A stretch of 62,214 nucleotides of DNA, filler included. It is 9 parts of 9 records of this genome, joined end to end, with 100 filler letters (N's around TTAATTAATTAA, not from the genome) between each part and the next. Parts side by side here need not be neighbours in the genome. Positions count along the whole stretch, not along the records: positions 1 to 6,975 come from SRR20825010_531; positions 7,076 to 17,409 come from SRR20825010_533; 7 more parts are not named here. One strand, 5' to 3'. Made by a program: the position numbers and the translations under genes. The stretch's first letter is position 1. Each line of letters opens with the position of its first letter. The notes under the pieces were generated by a model. It was given only the letters and a program-made list of their open reading frames with translations. It was not told the origin of the DNA and ran no database searches. Of this stretch, positions 1 through 9,331 are shown one piece after another.

Positions 1-1
1 G

Positions 2-823
2 CGGGATGAATATCCGGAAACCGCCCAAATTCTCTCCGATTGTATCGCGAAATTGAAAGCCGAAGAACTTGACGGGGGGCGCAAGATTATTCTTCGGCGT
101 GGCGCTGGCGCCTATATTTGCGGGGAGGAAAGTGCCATGCTGGAAAGCATCGAAGGCAAGCGTGCGCTGCCCCGCCACAAGCCTCCCTTCCCGGCCCATG
201 TCGGATTGTTTGGACGGCCAACCCTGATCAATAATGTGGAGACATTGTATTGGCTACCGGACATTATCCGAAAAGGACCTGGCTGGTTTAAGGAAGGCGG
301 CCGTCATGGCAGCAAGGGCTTTAGAAGTTTTTCCCTCTCCGGCCATATAAAGAAGCCGGGCGTTTATATCACGCCCGCCGGAATTACCGCCAAGGAACTG
401 ATTGAGGAATATGGCGGCGGCATGCAGGATGGCCATGAATTTCGCGCCTACCTTCCCGGCGGGGCATCAGGCGGCCTATTGCCCGCGTCTATGGCGGATA
501 TCCCGCTTGATTTTGGAACGCTTGAAAAGCATGGCTGCTTTATCGGCTCTGCCGCCGTTATCGTAATTTCGGACAAGGACGACCTGAAAATGGTCGCCCG
601 CAACCTGATGCGCTTTTTTGAGGATGAAAGCTGCGGCCAATGCACCCCCTGCCGCGCCGGTACGGAAAAAGCGCGTCTGCTGATGGAGGCGGATCACTGG
701 GATAGTGACCTTTTGACGGAGCTCAGTGCCGTAATGCGGGATGCCTCTATCTGCGGTCTTGGGCAGGCGGCGCCCAATGGCCTGTTGTCGATCATCAAGC
801 ATTTCCCGGAGGCGGTGAAATGA
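2..823 (+). CDS. NAD-dependent formate dehydrogenase beta subunit (NuoF-like flavoprotein), 5'-truncated
   Basis: Frame open from the window edge (RDEYP...); GAGAYICGEESAMLESIEG FMN motif; ESCGQCTPCR...SICGLG 4Fe-4S motif; stop overlaps the alpha-subunit ATG (ATGA). Confidence 0.9.
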   Translation, partial: RDEYPETAQILSDCIAKLKAEELDGGRKIILRRGAGAYICGEESAMLESIEGKRALPRHKPPFPAHVGLFGRPTLINNVETLYWLPDIIRKGPGWFKEGGRHGSKGFRSFSLSGHIKKPGVYITPAGITAKELIEEYGGGMQDGHEFRAYLPGGASGGLLPASMADIPLDFGTLEKHGCFIGSAAVIVISDKDDLKMVARNLMRFFEDESCGQCTPCRAGTEKARLLMEADHWDSDLLTELSAVMRDASICGLGQAAPNGLLSIIKHFPEAVK

Positions 824-3558
824 GTAAAGCAGTCACGTTTGAGCTTGATGGCAAAAAAGTAACCGCGAATGCGGGGCAATCCATCTGGGAGATCGCCAAG
901 CAGGAAGGCACGTCAATTCCACATCTTTGCCATGCGGACCGGATCGGTTTCGAGGCGGATGGAAACTGCCGCGCCTGCATGGTGGAGATTGAGGGGGAGC
1001 GGGTTCTCGCTGCGAGTTGTATCCGCAAACCAACGGACGGGATGAAAGTTCATACCGCGACAGCGCGCGCGGAAAAGTCCCGTAAGATGATCATGGAACT
1101 GCTCATCGCCGATCAGCCAGAGCGGAAAAATGCCTATGACGATGATAGCCATTTCTGGCAAATGGCGGACCAGCAGAATATTGCAACAAGTCGGTTCGCT
1201 CCGCGCGAAATGCCGCTTGAAGACCTGTCTCATCCGGCGATGGCCGTCAATCTCGATGCCTGTATCAACTGCAATCTCTGTGTCCGGGCCTGCCGCGATG
1301 TGCAGGTGAATGACGTTATTGGCATGGCCGGGCGCGGGGTGCATTCCAAAATCGTCTTTGATTTTGACGATCCGATGGGGGACAGCACCTGCGTGGGCTG
1401 CGGCGAATGCGTGCAGGCCTGCCCGACCGGCGCATTGCTTGAGAAATCCGTCCTGCATGATGATCATATCGATCGCGAGGTCAACAGCGTCTGCCCCTTC
1501 TGCGGTGTCGGCTGCCAGCTGACGTTCAAGGTCCGGGACGACAAGATCCTCTATGCCGATGGACGCAATGGCCCTGCCAATGAGGAACGGCTCTGCATCA
1601 AGGGACGCTTTGGTTTTGACTATATCCATAACCCTGAGCGGCTCACCATTCCGCTGATCCGGAAAGAAGGGGTCGCAAAAGGAGAAGTTACGACCCTTGA
1701 TCCGGCAAATCCCTACACTCATTTCCGCGAGGCAAGTTGGGAAGAGGCGCTCGATTATGCCGCCAGCGGTCTTCGTAAGGTGCGAGATGAAAAAGGTGGC
1801 GGCGCGCTTGCCGGGTTCGGATCCGCCAAAGGATCGAATGAAGAAGCCTATCTCTTTCAGAAGCTCGTTCGCATTGGCTTTGGTACCAACAATGTCGATC
1901 ATTGTACACGTCTCTGCCATGCATCATCCGTCGCCGCGCTTTTGGAAACGGTTGGATCGGGTGCTGTGTCGGCGCCGTTCAACGAGGCGGAGAACGCCGA
2001 TGTCATCATGGTGATCGGCTCCAACCCGACAATCAACCATCCAGTCGCCGCCACCTTTTTCAAGAACGCCGCCAAGAGAGGCGCGAAGCTGATCGTCATT
2101 GATCCACGCGGTCAATCCCTCTCTCGCCATGCGCAATATATGCTACAGGAAAAGCCGGGAACAGACGTCGCGCTTCTTAACTCCATGATGCATGTCATTG
2201 TGAAAGAAGGCCTGACGAACAAGGATTATATCAAGAATCATACGGAAAACTTTGAAGAGCTGAAAGCCCATCTGGAGGATTTCAGTCCGGAGGCGATGGA
2301 AAAGGTGACCGGTATCTCGCCGGAGTTGATCCGGGAGGTTGCGCGGGAATTTGCCACCGCCAAGGCGGCGATAATTTTCTGGGGGATGGGCATAAGTCAG
2401 CATGTCCATGGCACAGATAATTCCCGCTGCCTGATCAGTCTCGCACTGATGACAGGCCAGGTTGGACGGCCGGGGACGGGACTGCATCCGTTGCGCGGTC
2501 AGAATAATGTGCAGGGCGCGTCCGATGTGGCGCTGATCCCGATGTTCCTGCCCGACTATCAATCGGTTGAGGACCCCGTCATCCGCGAAAAGTTCGAGAG
2601 TTTCTGGGGCGCGAAGATTGACCCCAAGAAAGGCCTCACCGTTGTTGAAATAACCGAGGCTATTCATCGCGGCGAAATCAACGCCATGTATATCATGGGC
2701 GAAAACCCGGCAATGTCTGACCCGAACGTCAGTCATGCCCGCGAAGCCCTCGCTATGCTGGATCATCTCGTAGTGCAGGATTTATTTGTGACCGAGACGG
2801 CGGCCTATGCCGATGTCATACTTCCCGCGTCGGCCTGGCCGGAGAAGGACGGCACCGTGACCAATACCAACCGTCAAGTCCAGATTGGCCGTGCGGCGGT
2901 TCCGCTACCGGGCGATGCCCGTCAGGATCTCTGGATTATCCAGGAGATAGCCAGACGCCTCGGGCTGGATTGGCACTACGACCACCCGAAGAAAGTCTTC
3001 GCCGAAATGACACAGGCGATGAACAGTATCAAAGGCATTACATGGGATCGGCTGGAGGCGGAAGATGCTGTCATCTATCCCTGCGAAAACCTTGGTGATC
3101 CTGGCAAACCGCTCATTTTCACAGAGGATTTTCCGACGGCGAATGGGCTGGGTAAATTCGTTCCGGCCAGCCTTGTCTCCCCCGATGAAATCCCGGACAA
3201 AGATTTCCCTGTTGTCCTGACGACAGGCCGTCTGCTGGAGCATTGGCATACCGGTTCCATGACCCGCCGCGCCAGCGTGCTGGATGCGGTGGAGCCAGAA
3301 CCCATTGTTCATATGCCGCCGGCAATGATGGAGCAATTGGCGGCGCGCGCCGGTGACCTCGTCACAGTCCGGTCGCGTCGCGGTGAGATTGATATTCGGG
3401 TTCGCGCCGACGGCGCCGTGCAGAATGGTATGATCTTCATTCCCTTCTGCTACGCAGAGGCAGCGGTAAATCTGCTTACGAATGACGCACTTGACCCCTT
3501 CGGCAAAATCGCGGAAGTTAAATTCTGCGCCGTGCATGTCGAAAGGAAGTCCGCCTGA
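820..3558 (+). CDS. Formate dehydrogenase alpha subunit (Mo/W-bisPGD, with N-terminal Fe-S domains)
   Basis: 2Fe-2S (CRACMVE), two 4Fe-4S motifs (CINCNLCVRAC, CVGCGECVQACP), CPFCGVGC, active-site DHCTRLCHASS (Cys ligand, no Sec), LRGQNNVQG. Confidence 0.93.
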   Translation: MSKAVTFELDGKKVTANAGQSIWEIAKQEGTSIPHLCHADRIGFEADGNCRACMVEIEGERVLAASCIRKPTDGMKVHTATARAEKSRKMIMELLIADQPERKNAYDDDSHFWQMADQQNIATSRFAPREMPLEDLSHPAMAVNLDACINCNLCVRACRDVQVNDVIGMAGRGVHSKIVFDFDDPMGDSTCVGCGECVQACPTGALLEKSVLHDDHIDREVNSVCPFCGVGCQLTFKVRDDKILYADGRNGPANEERLCIKGRFGFDYIHNPERLTIPLIRKEGVAKGEVTTLDPANPYTHFREASWEEALDYAASGLRKVRDEKGGGALAGFGSAKGSNEEAYLFQKLVRIGFGTNNVDHCTRLCHASSVAALLETVGSGAVSAPFNEAENADVIMVIGSNPTINHPVAATFFKNAAKRGAKLIVIDPRGQSLSRHAQYMLQEKPGTDVALLNSMMHVIVKEGLTNKDYIKNHTENFEELKAHLEDFSPEAMEKVTGISPELIREVAREFATAKAAIIFWGMGISQHVHGTDNSRCLISLALMTGQVGRPGTGLHPLRGQNNVQGASDVALIPMFLPDYQSVEDPVIREKFESFWGAKIDPKKGLTVVEITEAIHRGEINAMYIMGENPAMSDPNVSHAREALAMLDHLVVQDLFVTETAAYADVILPASAWPEKDGTVTNTNRQVQIGRAAVPLPGDARQDLWIIQEIARRLGLDWHYDHPKKVFAEMTQAMNSIKGITWDRLEAEDAVIYPCENLGDPGKPLIFTEDFPTANGLGKFVPASLVSPDEIPDKDFPVVLTTGRLLEHWHTGSMTRRASVLDAVEPEPIVHMPPAMMEQLAARAGDLVTVRSRRGEIDIRVRADGAVQNGMIFIPFCYAEAAVNLLTNDALDPFGKIAEVKFCAVHVERKSA

Positions 3559-3559
3559 A

Positions 3560-4273
3560 ATGTCCACCGATCTGGAGAGGAAAACCACCGTTGGAATTAT
3601 CCAGACCGGCCGTCTCGGCGGCTCGCTTGGCGTTAAATACGGTGAGTATCCGGACATGTTCATGGACATGTTCGAGAACGAACCATTCGACTATGTAACC
3701 TATGCCGCCATCGATATGCAGCTCCCCAAACACCCGTTGGAATGCGATGCCTGGGTTATCACGGGCTCCAAGCATGGTGTATATGAGGACTTTGACTGGA
3801 TCAGGCCGCTGGAAGTATTTGTGCGCAAACTGATTGCCAGTGGCCAGCCAACGGTTGGCATCTGTTTTGGACATCAGCTCATGGCACAGGCCATGGGCGG
3901 TACGGTGGAAAAATTCGCAGGTGGATGGAGTGTTGGACGCGTGGTTTATTCAGACCTCATCAACAACAGGAAAGCGCGTCTTCTTTCCTTTCATCAGGAC
4001 CAGGTCACGCGCCAACCGGATAGCGCGGAAGTTATTCTAACATCTGATTTTTGCGAAAATGCGGGACTTAAATATTCACCCACTTGCTTGTCATTGCAGC
4101 CACATCCCGAACATACACTGCCCTTCATCGTCGATCTTATCAATCAGCGGAGCGGTATCCAATTGGATGCCGATTTGGCAGATGATGGCCTCGCCTCTCT
4201 GGCCGAGCCCAATGATCAGCAGCAGTATGGTGAGTGGCTGGCCGAAATTCTGAAAGGGGAACGGCGGATATAA
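3560..4273 (+). CDS. Class I glutamine amidotransferase-like protein
   Basis: GICFGHQ nucleophile motif and HPE motif; ATG 1 nt after the FDH stop (start moved from ORF-track 3482). Confidence 0.85.
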   Translation: MSTDLERKTTVGIIQTGRLGGSLGVKYGEYPDMFMDMFENEPFDYVTYAAIDMQLPKHPLECDAWVITGSKHGVYEDFDWIRPLEVFVRKLIASGQPTVGICFGHQLMAQAMGGTVEKFAGGWSVGRVVYSDLINNRKARLLSFHQDQVTRQPDSAEVILTSDFCENAGLKYSPTCLSLQPHPEHTLPFIVDLINQRSGIQLDADLADDGLASLAEPNDQQQYGEWLAEILKGERRI

Positions 4274-4289
4274 CGCCGCAGTGGTATTC

Positions 4290-5030
4290 TCAGCCTTTCT
4301 TGAACCCGGACAATCGCTCTTCATTCCCTGTGGCCCGGCCAGGGCTGTTTTCCCGCTCGAACATCAGGCCATCTTTTAGACCATAATCCTGGCCCTTATT
4401 GACCAGCATTTTATCGGCACGGAGAGTGTGCCAGGAATTCTCAACGATAGAGCGGGCCATCTGCAACGCGGCCTCTGAAAGCTCAGAATCAGGTACGCAT
4501 TTATTGACCAGCCCAATCTCAAATGCCTCTGCGCCACTCACGACACGGCCTGTAAACATCATTTCCTTTGCGTTCAACACACCAATGCGCCGCGGCAAAC
4601 GCTGGCTCATCCCCCAGAGCGGGGTTAAGGCCCATTTACCGTGAGTATCCGCGAATTTGGCGCTTTCGCTGCAAATCATCAAATCACAGGCAAGCACGAG
4701 TTCCAGCGCGCCGGTATAGCAATGTCCCTGCACTTCGGCAATGATCGGTTGCGGCAGGTTTTCGATCATTTCGACAGTCTCCGCCTGAAAACGTGGATGC
4801 GGGGCCTTCTCCCCCGCCTGCATGGCCTTCAGGTCATTTCCCGCCGAGAACGATCGCCCTTCGCCGCGCAGGATAACACATCCAATGTTTTCCGCGTCCT
4901 CGGCAATCGCAGCAACATGTTCATGAAGCTCCACAAACAAGGACGGACTGAGCGCGTTTAACGCATCCGGCCGGTTCAAGCTTAATATGGCGATGCCATC
5001 AATATCTTTTCGTGTGACCAGTGCCGACAT
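4290..5030 (-). CDS. Enoyl-CoA hydratase/isomerase (crotonase) family protein
   Basis: LNRPDALNALS, FSAGNDL, GALELVLACD motifs. Confidence 0.9.
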   Translation of the reverse strand: MSALVTRKDIDGIAILSLNRPDALNALSPSLFVELHEHVAAIAEDAENIGCVILRGEGRSFSAGNDLKAMQAGEKAPHPRFQAETVEMIENLPQPIIAEVQGHCYTGALELVLACDLMICSESAKFADTHGKWALTPLWGMSQRLPRRIGVLNAKEMMFTGRVVSGAEAFEIGLVNKCVPDSELSEAALQMARSIVENSWHTLRADKMLVNKGQDYGLKDGLMFERENSPGRATGNEERLSGFKKG

Positions 5031-5033
5031 TCA

Positions 5034-5957
5034 TCAGGTCCTTTCCAAAGGTTTGACGTCTGCGCTCTTGTTCTGTTTACGAAACACATGCCGCTCCCGA
5101 TAAAAAGTATAAACGCCGCTACCTACAATAATCAGGCTACCAAGAATTGTCCAAGTATCCGGAATATCGCCAAAGACGAAAAAGCCGAGGATAATAGCCC
5201 ATATGAGAATGGTATAACGAAACGGGGAGGTGAAGCTAATATCACCGACTCGCATGGCCATAACGCTAAAGAGATAGCCGAAAATGATAAAGAGTGACGC
5301 CATCGCGAGCAGGCTGACGCCCTCTACCGTGACCGGCTGCCAGTCTGCCGTCAGCGCCAGAATAGCGCCGACAATCATTACTGCAATTGAGGTTAGCAGA
5401 GAAACAAACAAAGATGGGACAGCCGCGGACAGTCGGCGTGTTGAGAGATCACGCAACACGATAAAGAGCACGGCAATAATGGCGTAGATCGAAAATTCAT
5501 TAAACCCGTCGGAGCCGGGTCTCACTACCATCAAAACCCCAATAAATCCAGCCGCAATTGCAAAGTACCGCCGCCAACCCACAGTTTCGGAAAGGAAGAC
5601 TGCACCGGCCAGGGTCACCGCAAGCGGAAGCGCCTGCAGGATTGCCGTGGCATTGGCAATCGGCATATGAAAGAGCGCCGTTAAGTAAAAAATTGCACCC
5701 CCAATCTCACCGACTAAACGAAGGCAGATAAGCAGGCGGTCTCCCTTCGGGACGCGGTAAGCAAGGTGTCCTTTGTAAAGGCATAACCCGGCCAGCAACA
5801 GGCTCGTAAAAATACCCCGCAAAAAAATTGCTTGGAATATACCAAGGTGCTCCGCCACCAGCTTCATAGTTGTGTCATTGACAACGAAGGCGGCAACGCT
5901 AATCGACATGAAAGCCGCGCCCCGCATATTGTCGGAGAATTGAATAGTCATTGCCAA
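5034..5957 (-). CDS. DMT/EamA family transporter
   Basis: About 10 hydrophobic segments, FLSETVGWRR and VVRPG signatures; start uncertain. Confidence 0.85.
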   Translation of the reverse strand: MAMTIQFSDNMRGAAFMSISVAAFVVNDTTMKLVAEHLGIFQAIFLRGIFTSLLLAGLCLYKGHLAYRVPKGDRLLICLRLVGEIGGAIFYLTALFHMPIANATAILQALPLAVTLAGAVFLSETVGWRRYFAIAAGFIGVLMVVRPGSDGFNEFSIYAIIAVLFIVLRDLSTRRLSAAVPSLFVSLLTSIAVMIVGAILALTADWQPVTVEGVSLLAMASLFIIFGYLFSVMAMRVGDISFTSPFRYTILIWAIILGFFVFGDIPDTWTILGSLIIVGSGVYTFYRERHVFRKQNKSADVKPLERT

Positions 5958-6012
5958 TTAGTCCGTGAAAAGACGGCAAACCGCAAGTACTATTCGCCAT
6001 AGAGATAAAGAT

Positions 6013-6816
6013 TTAATCTGCGGTTCGTACTACTATATCGGAAATAAATTCAGCAGCATACGAAAGCACATCTTCCGCCTTTTCCTGCCAGGGATTATGG
6101 CCGCAATCGTCCAAAATCAGCTTTTCGAAAGGTCCTGAAACAGCGGCTTCAATGGCATCAATTTGGGCAAGTGTGCCATAAGAGTCCTCCCGCCCCTGAA
6201 TAGCAAGGAGCGGCATATTGACCGACGGCAGGAAGCTTTCAATATTCCAGTTTTTGAATGCCGGATCGAGCCAGGCGTCATTCCATCCCCGAAAAGCATA
6301 TTCTGTATTTATTCCATGGAATTTTTTTAACTTTTCTTTCAAATTCCGCTGTTCATAAGCCTGCTTCGCTGTCTTAATGCCGTCGACAGAGATGTCTTCG
6401 CAAAAGACATGCGGCGCCATCACAATGACGGCTTCGGGTTTGGCAACATCGGACAGGCCCGCATATATCAGGGAAATAGATGCCCCGTCGGAATGGCCGA
6501 CAAGAAGAGGCCTTTTTATGTTGAAATGCTCAAGGATCACGGGAAGCATATCACTTGCTTCCCGCTCCATATAGTCAAGAGGTCTTGGCAGGTCGCACGC
6601 ATCAGACCCGCCGTATCCCAACCGGCTGTACATCAGTCCGGTGCAATTTGTGAGTTCACACAGGCGGTCTGGGAAGTCGCGCCAAAGCGCCGTGCAGCCG
6701 AGACCCTCATGCAAGAACACAAGAACCGGTCGCTGCGAATCCAGCGCGCCAATCGTTCGATATTCGATGCGCTTACCGGCGATTGTCGCGAGTTTTAAAT
6801 CCGTCGCCGACGTCAC
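6013..6816 (-). CDS. Alpha/beta-fold hydrolase
   Basis: LHEGLG oxyanion motif, GHSDG nucleophile elbow, C-terminal CGH; GTG start overlaps the upstream stop. Confidence 0.88.
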   Translation of the reverse strand: MTSATDLKLATIAGKRIEYRTIGALDSQRPVLVFLHEGLGCTALWRDFPDRLCELTNCTGLMYSRLGYGGSDACDLPRPLDYMEREASDMLPVILEHFNIKRPLLVGHSDGASISLIYAGLSDVAKPEAVIVMAPHVFCEDISVDGIKTAKQAYEQRNLKEKLKKFHGINTEYAFRGWNDAWLDPAFKNWNIESFLPSVNMPLLAIQGREDSYGTLAQIDAIEAAVSGPFEKLILDDCGHNPWQEKAEDVLSYAAEFISDIVVRTAD

Positions 6817-6975
6817 GACTTCCGGATCATATTGACTATGCCGGAGAAGTCGGCCGTTTTCCCCTCACCCGAGACATAGCTCTCATAGAGATCCATCGCC
6901 GCCTTGCCAAGCTCGGTTGAAGCCCCAAATCCCTCCGCCGCTTCCTGACTAAGGTGAAGGTCCTTCAGCATATTC
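6813..6975 (-). CDS. mmsB: 3-hydroxyisobutyrate dehydrogenase, C-terminal fragment
   Basis: Hand translation NMLKDLHLSQEAA...LGKAAMDLY...DFSGIVNMIRKS* matches the beta-hydroxyacid dehydrogenase C-terminus; cut by the gap. Confidence 0.7.
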
Positions 6976-7075
6976 NNNNNNNNNNNNNNNNNNNNNNNNN
7001 NNNNNNNNNNNNNNNNNNNTTAATTAATTAANNNNNNNNNNNNNNNNNNNNNNNNNNNNNNNNNNNNNNNNNNNN
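6976..7075. other. Artificial contig spacer
   Basis: N44-TTAATTAATTAA-N44, with stops in all six frames. Confidence 0.98.
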
Positions 7076-7076
7076 C

Positions 7077-8336
7077 TGGGGTGGCTGGTGGTTCTGGGAT
7101 CCGGTTGAGAACGCTGCCTTTATGCCGTGGCTTGCGGCAACAGCGCTGCTGCATAGCGCGATTGTGGTGGAAAAACGCGACGCGCTGAAAAGCTGGACCA
7201 TCTTGCTGGCGATTGTGGCATTTTCCTTCTCGCTTCTTGGCACCTTCCTTGTGCGCTCAGGCGTGATCACCAGCGTGCATGCGTTTGCGAGCGACCCGGC
7301 GCGCGGTGTGTTTATCCTCGCTTTCCTTGCTGTTGTGATCGGTGGCTCGATGACCCTTTATGCCTTGCGGGCGCCAAAGCTTACACCGGGCGGGCTTTTT
7401 GGCCTTGTCAGCCGGGAAAGCGCGCTGGTGCTCAATAATGTGCTCTTGTCCACTTTCGCCGCCGTTGTGCTTGTGGGCACGCTCTATCCGCTGTTTGTGG
7501 AAGCACTTGGCGCCGGGCAACTGAGTGTTGGCCCGCCGTTTTTTGAGTATGCCGCCGCAGTACTGATGAGCCCGCTTATTGTTGCTCTTGGCATTGGCCC
7601 TTTGCTTGCGTGGAAACGGGGCCGGCTTTCCCGTGCGGCACAGATTGCGTTGCCTGCGCTTATCGTGGCGCTGGTGGGTGCGCTTGTTATTCTATGGCAA
7701 GCTGCGGGCGGTGTTGTGATGACTGCCTTCGGCCTTGGGCTTGCCATCTGGCTGCTTGCCAGTGTGCTTTTGGAAATTGCGGAACGTATCCAGCTGTTTA
7801 AAAAGCCGGGCAACGCATGGGCGCGGCTTATTAAGCTGCCGCGCGCGTCCTGGGGCATGAGCCTGGCGCATGCGGGCCTTGCGGTGATTTTGTTTGGTAT
7901 CACGATCTCAGAAGCATGGACTGAAGAACACCTGATCGTTATGGCACCGGGGGAAACCACGACGGTGGCTGGGTATGATTTCACCTTTGAGGGTGTTGCC
8001 CCTGTTGCTGGCCCCAACTTTACGGCTGTGCGTGGCTTTTTTGACGTGAGCAAAAACGGCGAAGCGCTGACGACCCTGATGCCGGAAGACCGCGTTTATA
8101 CCAACCCCGTGATGAACACGACGGAGGCGTCGATCTACCCGCTCATTCGTGGTGACCTGTATGCCGTTATCGGTGAAGCGGCGGGCCGGGGGCGCTGGTC
8201 GGTCCGGCTGTATTTCAAACCCTTTATCTCTGGCCTTTGGCTGGGCGCTATCATGATGATGGTGGGCGGTATTCTGTCCTTGAGCGACAGGCGCCTCCGT
8301 ATCGGTGCGCCCAAGGTCGTGAAAGCAGAGGGTTAG
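7077..8336 (+). CDS. ccmF: Cytochrome c maturation heme lyase CcmF, 5'-truncated
   Basis: WGGWWFWDPVEN (WWD) motif at the contig start, GTFLVRSG...SVHAF. Confidence 0.95.
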   Translation, partial: WGGWWFWDPVENAAFMPWLAATALLHSAIVVEKRDALKSWTILLAIVAFSFSLLGTFLVRSGVITSVHAFASDPARGVFILAFLAVVIGGSMTLYALRAPKLTPGGLFGLVSRESALVLNNVLLSTFAAVVLVGTLYPLFVEALGAGQLSVGPPFFEYAAAVLMSPLIVALGIGPLLAWKRGRLSRAAQIALPALIVALVGALVILWQAAGGVVMTAFGLGLAIWLLASVLLEIAERIQLFKKPGNAWARLIKLPRASWGMSLAHAGLAVILFGITISEAWTEEHLIVMAPGETTTVAGYDFTFEGVAPVAGPNFTAVRGFFDVSKNGEALTTLMPEDRVYTNPVMNTTEASIYPLIRGDLYAVIGEAAGRGRWSVRLYFKPFISGLWLGAIMMMVGGILSLSDRRLRIGAPKVVKAEG

Positions 8337-8339
8337 GAT

Positions 8340-8870
8340 ATGCAGCGCTTTTTACCTCTTATAATCGTGCTTGTGCTTGTTGGTGTGTTCCTTCGAATGA
8401 TGACGCTTGAAGGCCGTAACCCGAACGAGATCAAGAGCGTGCTGATCGGCAAGCCTGTGCCGGAGTTTACTCTGCCGGGCCTGCTGGAAGAGGAAGCTGA
8501 TCTGACGAACGCCTATTTCAATCGCGAGGAGCCTGTGCTGGTGAACTTTTTCGCCAGCTGGTGCGTGCCTTGCCGGGCAGAACATGAAAACCTGATGAAA
8601 TTGGCGCAAGAGCACGGTGTGACCATTGTGGGTGTTGCCTATAAGGACAGACATGCGGATGCGCTGGAGTTTCTTGATGAATTGGGGAACCCGTTTTCGC
8701 GCACGGCGCTGGACCGCAACGGCAGGCTCGCCATTGATTTTGGTGTGACCGGCGTGCCGGAAACCTTTGTGGTGGATGCGGACGGCATCATTACCTACCG
8801 GCACTGGGGCCCTGTGGTTGGGGACGGGCTTGAAAAAGCCATCCTTCCCGCGCTGGAGGAGGCCAGATGA
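8340..8870 (+). CDS. ccmG: Thiol:disulfide interchange protein CcmG/DsbE
   Basis: N-terminal membrane anchor, FASWCVPC, GVTGVPETF; ccm operon position. Confidence 0.93.
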   Translation: MQRFLPLIIVLVLVGVFLRMMTLEGRNPNEIKSVLIGKPVPEFTLPGLLEEEADLTNAYFNREEPVLVNFFASWCVPCRAEHENLMKLAQEHGVTIVGVAYKDRHADALEFLDELGNPFSRTALDRNGRLAIDFGVTGVPETFVVDADGIITYRHWGPVVGDGLEKAILPALEEAR

Positions 8871-9331
8871 CCCGCATTTTTGGTGCCATACTCGCATTTC
8901 TCCTGATGTCCTTCGCGGCGTTTGCCGTGGCGGTGGACGACAGCCCGCTTGAAGACCCGGCCAAGGAAGCGGTGGCGCGGGAACTGATGAAAGAGATCAG
9001 ATGTCTCGTGTGCCAGAACCAGTCGATTGAGGATTCGAACGCTGACCTCGCGCGGGATCTCAGGCAGGTCGTGCGGGAACGCATCGCCCTTGGTGATACG
9101 CCTGATAATGTGCGTGCCTATCTGGTCGACCGGTACGGAGATTGGGTACTGTTGGAGCCACCGGTGAAGCCGGAAACCTATTTTCTTTGGGGTTCCCCGT
9201 TCTTTTTCCTCCTTATTGTGGCCTATCTGATTCTCCGCCGCCGTAGCCCCAAAGCAGGGCCTAAACCCTTGAGCGCTCAGGAGCAGGCTGAACTGCAGGC
9301 CGTGTTAGACGAGAAGGAGCGCGAGCAATGA
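8867..9331 (+). CDS. ccmH: Cytochrome c biogenesis protein CcmH
   Basis: IRCLVCQNQSI..S motif, RYG, C-terminal TM. Confidence 0.93.
   Translation: MTRIFGAILAFLLMSFAAFAVAVDDSPLEDPAKEAVARELMKEIRCLVCQNQSIEDSNADLARDLRQVVRERIALGDTPDNVRAYLVDRYGDWVLLEPPVKPETYFLWGSPFFFLLIVAYLILRRRSPKAGPKPLSAQEQAELQAVLDEKEREQ

Noticed and set aside
820..3558. Possible selenocysteine recoding in FDH
   Set aside because: The ORF is uninterrupted and the metal ligand codon encodes Cys
7020..7031. TTAATTAATTAA recurring eight times, resembling a repeat or CtrA site
   Set aside because: Always centred in N44 runs; an artificial six-frame-stop contig linker
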